Shown here: positions 52,752 through 61,484 of the stretch, piece by piece
Layout: the number at the start of each line of letters is the position of its first letter
How positions within the stretch are numbered: the stretch's first letter is position 1
Assembly (NCBI RefSeq): GCF_000142905.1
Contig: NW_013657655.1
Span: 248,001-312,000, forward strand
Direction: 5' to 3'
Source: Thecamonas trahens ATCC 50062
Taxonomy: Eukaryota; Protista; Apusomonadida
Length of the DNA: 64,000 bases
Made by a program: the position numbers and the translations under genes
The notes under the pieces: model-generated
Told to the model about the DNA's origin: nothing
The model's input: the letters and a program-made list of their open reading frames with translations, nothing else
Databases searched by the model: none

Positions 52752-53838
52752 CTGTACTCGGCGCTGCGGCCGAGGTAAAGTACGCATGTGCTAAGGCGAT
52801 CATGCCGATGGTGGCCATGTCCAGCCCGTGGGCATCTGGCTGCGCGAGCGCCTCGCTTACCTCCACTAGCCGCCGGCCGCCGGCCTCGACCGCCTCAGCC
52901 TCGCTAGACCTCAACTTGTAGCCAAACACATGCGCCTGGCCGCTCGTAGCCGCAGCCGACGCGAGAGCGCCGGATCCGACCCTCACCAGACGGGAGGGAT
53001 CGAGCTTGATGCCCAAGCTCGTACCAACTCCCGGATCACCGGTGAGTGTTGCGATTGGACCGGTGATGAGCGCAACCCGCGGCGCGTGCTCGTCGGTCAA
53101 GAGCACAAGAGCGTCAATGTCCGGACGGAGGACGACGGTCTGGGTGACCACGGCATCGTCAGCAGCAACAAAGACGGAGGCCGAGATCCCGAAAAACTCG
53201 GGCGCGCTCGAGCCAATGGGTGCCACCCACTCGATGCGCAAGTCGCGAAGCTCGTTGCCAGCGCTGCCGAGGGCTTTGTGCCACGCGCGAAAGGCAGGCG
53301 AGCGCCAGAGAAGGAGCGGGGCCGAGGCGTCGCCGCCGACGCGCCGGGCGCCGCGCCCAATGGCGGCGACGGCGGCAGCGAGAAGATCAGACAGGTTGTC
53401 AAAGGCTGGTGCGCCGTACTTGCGGGCGTAGTACAGCTGGTAGCCGGTCTTTGGCGCATCGGGCGGAGCGCCGAGCATGGCGCGGCCCGACATCTTGAGG
53501 CCACCCCACTCGTCGTTGGTGGTGAGGCCCGGGAGAGTCACCAGATCGCGCGGGATCCAAAAGACCACAACGTCGGCGCGGGCGATGCCGGACTCCTCCC
53601 ACTCGACCTGGTCGGCGTAGCCTTCAAAGATGTTGACGTTCGAAGCCGCCATCTCGGGGCTCTCTTCGGGCACGTAGACATCGCCTTGGAAGCCGAGCTC
53701 TTCGAGTCGAGCCACGGCTTCGACACGCCACGATGTGAGATGCGGCGTCTTGTCCAGCCGTACCGTTGGCCCTGCGAGGAAGATGGCGCCCGGCTCTGTG
53801 GTTTCCGGATACGGCTCTTGGGCGTAAATGATTCGCAT
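52735..53838 (-). CDS. Nucleoside 2-deoxyribosyltransferase-like domain fused to a degenerate NUDIX-associated region
   Basis: AIFLAGPT..SWR..VYVPE..QVEWE..ADVVVFWIPRDL..LPGLTTNDEWG; then GARRVGG..PLLLWRSPAFRAW..AGNEL..RPDI. Intronless. Confidence 0.78.
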   Translation of the reverse strand: MRIIYAQEPYPETTEPGAIFLAGPTVRLDKTPHLTSWRVEAVARLEELGFQGDVYVPEESPEMAASNVNIFEGYADQVEWEESGIARADVVVFWIPRDLVTLPGLTTNDEWGGLKMSGRAMLGAPPDAPKTGYQLYYARKYGAPAFDNLSDLLAAAVAAIGRGARRVGGDASAPLLLWRSPAFRAWHKALGSAGNELRDLRIEWVAPIGSSAPEFFGISASVFVAADDAVVTQTVVLRPDIDALVLLTDEHAPRVALITGPIATLTGDPGVGTSLGIKLDPSRLVRVGSGALASAAATSGQAHVFGYKLRSSEAEAVEAGGRRLVEVSEALAQPDAHGLDMATIGMIALAHAYFTSAAAPSTATQTG

Positions 53839-54186
53839 GTGGCCTGCGATGGAGTGATGTGTGTGTGTGTGCACAAGAGGGAGGGCGACGTCGAGGGGCG
53901 AGGGTGACGTCGAGTGTGACATCGAGAGCGAGTGTGACGTCACCATCATCAACCCATCATGGCGCACATGAGGGAGTCTAGCCGCAACACAAAAAGAACC
54001 ACGGGGGCCTCTTCCTCCTCTCCCTTCCTCACTCTCCCTCTCACTCTTTGCCCTTCATTGTCTCCATGCAAACAAGATGGCGATTCGAGGCCCAGGCGCA
54101 CGACGGCAGAATGGGGGGGGGGGGGCAAGGGAAGTGGACATTGACTACTGCATCAATCGCGTTTCATAAGGGGAATCACACACGAT

Positions 54187-55649
54187 CTAGAAGCCGTAGC
54201 CGGGGTAAGCCGAGCCGTAGGTCTGCTGCTGCGGGTAGCCGCCGAACTGCTGCGGGTAGCCGCCAAACTGCTGCTGCTGCTGCTTGATCTCACGGCGGGC
54301 GAGAACCTCAAAGTGCGGGGCAGACGGGATCGACTGGAGGAAGGCGATCTCGGCACGGAGGCGGGCGTTCTCGGCCTCAAGGAGGTTGTCGCGCTTGTGG
54401 ACAAGGATCTCGCGGGTCGGGCCGGGGATCTCGACGTTGACCGGCTTGGGGACGGCAACCTTGCGCTTGACGGTGACCTCACGAATGTGCGGCTGCGGGA
54501 CCGGGACGCGCTGCTTCACGACACGGACGGGGCCGGGGACCTGAACCTGCTTGGGGACCGGGCGACGGATGACCGGGCCAGGAACCTGGACCTTGACGTC
54601 CTTGTAGGTCACAGGGCCGGGGATCTCGACCTTGACCTCCTTCTCGACAACGGCACCGGGCACGTAGTCGTGGACGACGCGCTCGACAACCGGGCCGGGA
54701 ACCTCGACGCGCTCGATGCGCTCGCGGACAGGGCCGGGGACCTCGACCTTCTCGTCGCGGTACGTCACGGGGCCAGGGATGACCTCCTTGATGGTGCGGA
54801 CCGGGCCGGCCACGTACTCGGGCACAACCTTGACAAAGGTCGGGCCGGGCACAACCTGGGTGCGGACCGACGGCGGGCCGCGGCGCACGATGGTGGCCTC
54901 GGCGCGCGGGACGCGGACGACGACGTTCTCAAAGGCCTCAGCCTCCTGGACCTGGACGGTGGCAGGGCCGGACGGCGCGACGTACGAGCCGACAACCGGG
55001 CCGGTCGCGTTGCCGTGAGCGGAGCCGTAGCCGGAGACAAAGCCGGGCTGGCCGAGGGTGGTGTTGTTGGCCGGAGCAGCGGCGGGGTGGTCAGACCTGC
55101 AATTCCCACACAACTCCAATGTGAGTATCATGCCATGGGCAGTAGCTTGCATAGCCAGACTAGCATGGCGGGGTGGCGGAGAGTCCCGCTGCGGCGTAAA
55201 AAACAACGAAACGAACGCAGCGCTTCCATCCCCAAAAAAACGAGCTCCCGCGCGGAACGGGCTCACCCACACCCACACACGTGCCCACACTGCCCCTTGA
55301 AAGGCATAAGACTCCCTTACGCCTACGGTCTCAGAAGCAGTGTCTGCCAGCAAGTGCAAAAGCTGAGGGGTGGAGCGGGGGAACAACGACACCAGCGCGT
55401 GGGCGCCGAAAAACGAGCCGTTGGCCGCCCACCCAGTTTTTCAGCCCATCCCCCCACCTCCCGCACAGTGCGCAAGGGCACCCTACCACCGCCTACACAC
55501 CTCCAGCAACAGCGAGCAGGCAGGTGTATATGCCCCAGCAGTGCAGCAAGTGTATACAGTGCTGGAGAGTTGGGGTTGGCTCTCATCGAGGCGCTTGCAG
55601 GCAGCGGGGGGTGGCGACCAGAAGCCCACGCTGACCGAACAACGTACAT
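54187..55649 (-). CDS. Val/Pro-rich VPGP-repeat protein (articulin/alveolin/epiplasmin-like); start codon split by an intron
   Basis: AT(55649-55648)|GTACGT..CTCAC..CAG|G(55096) gives MSDHPAAAP. About 12 repeats of ~13 aa centred on (V/I)PGP, a short coiled coil, and a QQFGGYP tail. Strong C/G-ending codon bias. Confidence 0.8.
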
Positions 55650-55852
55650 TATGAAGGTAGAGAGAGAGAGGGGTGGTAGTGGCGACCCGTTTCAAACGAT
55701 TGGAAGAACAGGCGATGAAGTGCGCGGTTCCCGGCGGGAGGACAACCACTGGCAACGAACTGGCAAAGAACTGGCGACGAGCTGGCAGACGAGGATAGTG
55801 TTGTTGTTTGATGAGAGGTGAAAGGATGGAGAAGGGTCGGCTTCAGAGACAA

Positions 55853-57721
55853 TCAGGCCGTAGGGTTGGGCGAGGTCGAGGACAAAGCCGGGTTGGCAGT
55901 CATGTTGGTCTCGTGTGTGGGTAGGGGCGAGGTGGCAGCGGCAGCGGCGGCAGCGAGTGCGTCATCGTCGACAAACGGCGGCGGCGGCGAGCGCGGGCGA
56001 GTCGGCTCGAGGGCCGATGGGTGTGCAAGCGCTGGCGGCGGCGGCGGCGGCGCGTCCCGGACAGCAAAGACGGTAACGTTGATGCGGGCGGCGGTAACGG
56101 CCTTCATCTTGGGCACAGTGTGGAGGTAGCGGGCGTTGACTGACTCGTCAAAGATGAGGACGTCGCCGTGGGCCAGATCATAGGTGATGCGGCGGGCGGT
56201 GGCGGCAGCGCCGGTAACGCCCTTGGGCTTGAAGTGGAACTTGCGAGTGGCGCCAAGCGAGATGGAGAGCACATCAGCGCCGTACTCGTCAGCGTGGTAC
56301 GGGGTATGGTCCTCGCCGTTGCGGTAGAGGTTGCAGAACGCGCCCTTGATGGCCGAGACGCCAAACGCGGATGAGATGGAGCAGAGAAGCATGTCAAGGG
56401 CCGGGACAACGCCTTCCTGGTAGTGCCAGACAAGGCGCGGGAGGACCGAGCCGCGCCAGCGCTTGGCGCCCCAAGGAACCGTGGTGGCCATGGCGTCAAA
56501 AAGGGCATCAGCTTGGTCGGCCGGAACGGCGCCGGGCGCGTAGAGGATGCCTGCCGATGGCGAGAGCTCGTGCTTGAGGCGGGCAAGGATGTCGGCGTCA
56601 GCGCCCGCCGATGTTGTCTTAGCGCGCTTGGTGAGCTCGGCCGGACGGACGATGGGTCCGACGGCGACGTCAGGGTGGACAAGCTTTTCCTCCGGCTCGC
56701 GCGGGCGCTTGCGCGAGACCTTCTTGGGCGGCGGCATGACGGGCATGGGCGTGCCGACGGCCTGCCAGAAGGCCGTGAGTGGCTTGGGCGGCGGCGGGGA
56801 CGGCTGGGCCGGCTTGAGCGCCGGCAACTCGGACTTGAGCGCCGAGGTGAGGGCGGACACGATCTTGATCTTGAGCGCGTTGGCGGCGGGGGTGGCGAGT
56901 GAGCCGTCGCCGAGGTAGTACATGGCGCCAGCGAGCTGGGTGGCGTACTGGTTGGCGTTGAGCTTGGTGGCAAACTGGTCGGCGACGACAAGGAAGCGGG
57001 CGCCTGCGAGTGCTCGCGGGGCGGCGGTGAGGCCGTAGTTGACGGCCACCTCCCACTCGTCGGGCCCAACCTTGGTCTCGATCCACGACGTGTCACAGGT
57101 ACCGAGCTTGAGGGCGGCGACGCCATCGAGCAACTCGGAGGCCTGGTACGAGGGGAGGGCGGCGGCCTTGGCGGCAGACGTCACGGCCTCGCGCGGCGGC
57201 GCGTCGCCGAGCAGCGACTCGAGGCACTCGATGCGCTTGCGCGGCACAGGCGTGTTGCCCGAGTACTCGGCCGAGAACTTGCGCCAGTGCGGCCGCTTGT
57301 GGGCGAGCTTGAACTTGGGTCCACGGAGCGTGGCCGACGTGACCTTGCCATCGTCGCTCGCATCGCCAAACGCAAGCTCGGTGACGAGAAACCAGTGGTA
57401 AATGGTGTTGACTGCGGCGCCGGAGCCGATCGGCGCGGCGTTGAGCCGCGACTTGACCGCCTCGTACGCCAGCTGCGACTGCATCGGCGTGAGAACGCCG
57501 AGGCTCGAGTCGCCAGCAGGCGCCTTCATCTCGCTCACCTCGAGCGCAGCATCGGAGTAGTTCCACCGGTGTGTCGACCCGACCCGCATGCCCGAGTACA
57601 GCTTGCCGTTGTGGACCTTGCGCTGGTTGTAAGACTTGGCCGGCGACGTGCTGGCCGAAGATGCCGAGGAGGCCGCCGACGACGACGACGACCGAGGCGC
57701 AGAGGTAGCAATCGAAGACAT
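55853..57721 (-). CDS. AlkB-family (ALKBH2/3-like) 2OG-Fe(II) dioxygenase with a large N-terminal unknown domain
   Basis: FCNLYRNGEDHTPYHADE..SISLGATRKF..LAHGDVLIF..YLHTVPK..RINVT; NLS RKRPR; N-terminal KSYNQRKVHNGKLYSGMRVGSTHRWNY. Confidence 0.85.
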   Translation of the reverse strand: MSSIATSAPRSSSSSAASSASSASTSPAKSYNQRKVHNGKLYSGMRVGSTHRWNYSDAALEVSEMKAPAGDSSLGVLTPMQSQLAYEAVKSRLNAAPIGSGAAVNTIYHWFLVTELAFGDASDDGKVTSATLRGPKFKLAHKRPHWRKFSAEYSGNTPVPRKRIECLESLLGDAPPREAVTSAAKAAALPSYQASELLDGVAALKLGTCDTSWIETKVGPDEWEVAVNYGLTAAPRALAGARFLVVADQFATKLNANQYATQLAGAMYYLGDGSLATPAANALKIKIVSALTSALKSELPALKPAQPSPPPPKPLTAFWQAVGTPMPVMPPPKKVSRKRPREPEEKLVHPDVAVGPIVRPAELTKRAKTTSAGADADILARLKHELSPSAGILYAPGAVPADQADALFDAMATTVPWGAKRWRGSVLPRLVWHYQEGVVPALDMLLCSISSAFGVSAIKGAFCNLYRNGEDHTPYHADEYGADVLSISLGATRKFHFKPKGVTGAAATARRITYDLAHGDVLIFDESVNARYLHTVPKMKAVTAARINVTVFAVRDAPPPPPPALAHPSALEPTRPRSPPPPFVDDDALAAAAAAATSPLPTHETNMTANPALSSTSPNPTA

Positions 57722-58056
57722 GATGAACAGCGGAAGTATCAGATCAAGAAAGAGAGGCACGGTGTACCGGAAAGTCATCACTCTGCCATCGCAGCTTTAC
57801 CGTCCGGTTTTGTGGCGGCGGCAAGCCAAGCCGGGCGCTCAAGTTCCGCAGGCGAACTTCCTGTCGACGAACTTGCCGCCGGCGAACTTGCCGTCGCCCG
57901 ACCGGGGCCAGGCCAGGGTTGGGGCCAGAGTAGGGAGCAGGACCAAGCACAAGAGGGTAACGGGACGGGGCAAGGGCGGGCTGGCTTGGGCGAGCCGGGC
58001 TGGCTTGGGCGGGCTAGGAGCTCGAGCATGGGCGGGCTCGGAGCTCGAGCATGGGC

Positions 58057-58356
58057 TCACTGGTCGTCGACGAGGTCAGGGAACTTTGCCACGAGGTAGG
58101 AGCAGGAGACGACGAGGTCAGGAGCAGCATTGACAGCGTGGCCAATGGCAGCCTTTGCCAGCACGCCTGCGTAGCCCTTACCCCTGTGCTCGGCCTCCGT
58201 GACAGTGTGGGCAAGGTCCCACGTCCCGTCGTCCCGGGTCTCGTAGGCGATGTAGGCGACGGCGACGTCGTCGACGAACAGCTGGTACCGCCCCTCGGCA
58301 TGCTCCACCCGCCCATACTCGCCCGAGTCAACGACCTCTGCTGCACTGGCTGCCAT
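58057..58356 (-). CDS. Small GNAT protein (YjdJ/NATD1, Acetyltransf_CG type)
   Basis: GRYQL..AYIAY..WDLAHTVTEAEHRGKGYAGVLAKAAI..VVSCSYL. Confidence 0.85.
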   Translation of the reverse strand: MAASAAEVVDSGEYGRVEHAEGRYQLFVDDVAVAYIAYETRDDGTWDLAHTVTEAEHRGKGYAGVLAKAAIGHAVNAAPDLVVSCSYLVAKFPDLVDDQ

Positions 58357-58928
58357 TCCGTCTGCGGTGGTGAGCTGGCGAAGGGTGACTAGACCAGGCC
58401 TGACTGTCCTCCCCATACGCCCCACCACCACCGTTCCCGCCAGCCGAAACATCGAATCGCCGCAGTCGGGAGTGCCGGTCGTTGTTCCGACTACGCCCAA
58501 TGGTCGCTGGTCGTCTGGCGAAACTTCGCCTGCCTGCCAGCCCAGCCCAGCCACACCTTCCATTGGCGTCCGGCAGGGGAGGGGAGGGGTAGAGGGGGGG
58601 GGGGGGGGGGAGAGAAGGGAGGAAATGAGGATGTTTAGGTTTGGTTTGGGAGGAATCGGGGTGAGGGAGGGTTGGCGAGGAGGGCGAGGAGAAGGGGGGA
58701 GGGGATGGAAGGTTTACTTGCGGCTGAATGGAAGGTTGCCTTGGCTGGCGGGGGAAACTTACCTGGTCAGTTGGGCAGGGCGGGCGGCGGCGGCGGCAAT
58801 GTCATTCGAATCGATGGCCGAGGCAGTGGAGCAGGACGGGCGGCAGCCGGCAGCCCCGCACCTCACCTCGGCTCACCTCAGATACAGTCTAGTTCGGTGC
58901 TGCTGCAGTGGTTGGTCTTGCTCTCGGC

Positions 58929-61473
58929 ATGGACGTGCTCGACGTGGGCGTGGACGACCTGGTGGCCCGGGCGGTAGAGGAGGAGGAGGCGCTGCTGGCG
59001 GCCGAGGCAGCGGCGCAGGCGGCTCCGCATCCAGAGCCGGTGCCAGGAGCATACGGATACATTCCAGAGTCGGTAGCAGTGGCGACAGTGGTGGGAGCGG
59101 CGAGTGGCGGAGTAGGGCGGACAGGCGAGGCCGTGCTGGATGCGGTGCTGAATCTGGACGACGGCGCGCAGGTCAAGGCGGCGGACATCGGCATCACCGC
59201 TGAGACAGAGTCGGACGATGGCAGTGGTGGGGGTGTTGAGAGCGAGAGCAGGGGCGGGAATGGGAGCAGAGGTGAAGTGGCGGGGCTGGTGAAGATGCAG
59301 TCGATGTCGCTGACGGCAACGGCACTGGTCAAGGCCGCGGAACGCGCGCATGGCCTGCGGGTGGACGACGTGTCGTCGGCGGGCGAGATCCTGGCGGCAG
59401 TGCAGGAGCTGGTCGCTCAGTATCCGCCGCGGTATGCGTCGGCACTGTCGAATGTCAAGGTGGGGGCGTTTGGCATCAAGCGGAGCGAGCCGCTCGCCGA
59501 CGCGCTCCGCAAGGCCGCACGCATCATCGACGATCCGCAGCCCATCACCTCTGTCGAGGCCGTGTACCTCGTGCTGCTTCTGACGACCAACATGCAGGGT
59601 GTGCTTCGAGTTCCCATGGTGGTCGTCTCACGACGAAAGGGCGAGCGATACGTATCGTCGTATCTCATGCTGCGGCACGGCGGTGCGTACGGCCTCACCG
59701 GGCAGTCTGTAGTGCCCGAGGGCTCGGACTCGCTGTTCAATCTGGCATTTGCGCACGGCGACGTGCCAGGGCTTCTCACTGCGCTGCTCGCCATCTACAA
59801 CCACCTCGACCATGAAGTGGCCGCCATCCACCTCGGGCTGCCGGTCCCGCACGACCGCGGGCGCCGCGCGCCGGTGCAGTGGAAGTACCTCTCGCTCCTG
59901 CTCGTCCGCGAGGGCGTCGAGGTTGCGATGTCGCGGGCCCACATGTACGATGCTTTTCTCCGCAACATGGAGTCGTCGCTGCAACTGATGTGGCGCAAGT
60001 CGATGGAGGAGATGGAGCGAGTCGATCTCATCAACCGCGGGTCGTACATGCTCAATGCTGCGCGGCGCAAGCCACTTCGCAAGCGGCTTGCCCGCAAGTG
60101 TGAGGGCTACCGGGTCATCAAGGTCGTCAAGGGCCTTGTCCATGGCGAGTGGTGCTCCAAGAGCGTGCGTCCGAGCTCGACGCCGAGCTCGACGACGCCG
60201 CGAGTGTGACTCGGTCCGCCGACGAGGTCCATGCCATTGTCAAGCGGCTGACGTCGAACCACAACAGGATCCGGCTCAATGAGCACCGTCGCTGTGAGTG
60301 TCTTGACTGCGTCCAGTACAAGCCGCCGGCCCGCGAGCGGTTCACCATTGAGTCGGCAACCTCGCCGAGTGCGACTGGAGGCAAGCCAGTGGCGTTCGGG
60401 CGCGACCGCGGCGCCACGCTTCGGCTTGTCACCTACAACCTGCTCTCGGCATACAACTCGCACCCGGACGACTTTGACTACTGCTCCGACGAGGTTTTCG
60501 ACTGGCGCTACCGTGCGCCACGGTTGCTGGTTGAGATCCTCGGCTACGACCCGGATATTCTCTGCTTGCAGGCCCTCGACGAGGCTGCGTTTCTAGACCA
60601 GTTTGAGCCGCGGTTGGCCGAGGTTGGCTACGACGGGCTCTTCCGCGCCTCGGGCACCGGGGACGGTGTCGCCATCTTCTACCGTGCTGACGTGTACTCG
60701 GCGGTCTCGGCCCACGCGATCGCACTCGACACGCTTGCCGCCGACAAGCTCGTCGGACTCGACCGCACCGACCCAGCCGCCAAGATCTACGGCAAGGTCG
60801 CCGGCATGCACCACCACAACGTGGCACTCACGGTTCTCCTCCGCGAGAAGAAGCTCGACATGGCCAACCAGACCGACCGCATCATCGCCGTCTCTAACGT
60901 CCATCTCTGCCCGCTGTATATGGATCCTGAAGGCGCCGACGCAGCGCGAGTGGTGCAGACGACCCAGACCACTCTCTTTCTCGAGGAGCTCGACCGCATT
61001 CTCAAGCACGCCTCGACCGGGACCAAGCTCTGGGACTGGCCGCAGATTGTGGTGGGCGACTTTAGCTCGTACGCGCTCGACGGGCCGGCCTCGCTGCTCA
61101 AGGCCCAGTTCCCGCTCGCACACCCGTTCCCGGTCGCAGACTTGCCAGGCATCATTTCGCACGCCCAGGACCTTGCCGAGACTTACGGTCCGTTTGCCAA
61201 CGCATACGTCGACGCGCTCGATCTGACCATGGCCGACTCGCGCGGCGGCATCGATCTCGACATGCCGTTCTACACCACATGGGGCCCGACGGCAAGCACA
61301 TCTTTGACCACGTCTTCTTCTCCGAGCACCACTTTGGGCTCCGCTCGCTCCTTGGTCTCCCGCTTGATCCTGTGTTCCATGCTCCGCTACCCAACGCTGC
61401 CCAGTGCTCCGACCACATTGCGCTTGTCGTCGACCTTGGCACCATCTCGCATCGGCTCATCTCCCACCAATGA
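58929..61473 (+). CDS. Vasohibin-like pseudo-peptidase fused to a CCR4/Angel/nocturnin-type EEP domain (frameshifts near 60148 and 61283)
   Basis: FGIKRSEPL..PITSVEAVYL..GAYGLTGQS..IHLGLPVPHD..VQWKY (vasohibin); LVTYNLL..FDWRYR..DPDILCLQ..DGVAIFYR..NVHL..VVGDFSS..IFDHVFF..PNAAQCSDHIAL (EEP). Confidence 0.78.
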
Positions 61474-61484
61474 GCCCGAGCGCG

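Noticed and set aside
54313-55821. 502-aa plus-strand ORF
   Set aside because: Antisense shadow of the codon-biased repeat gene; no recognisable motifs.
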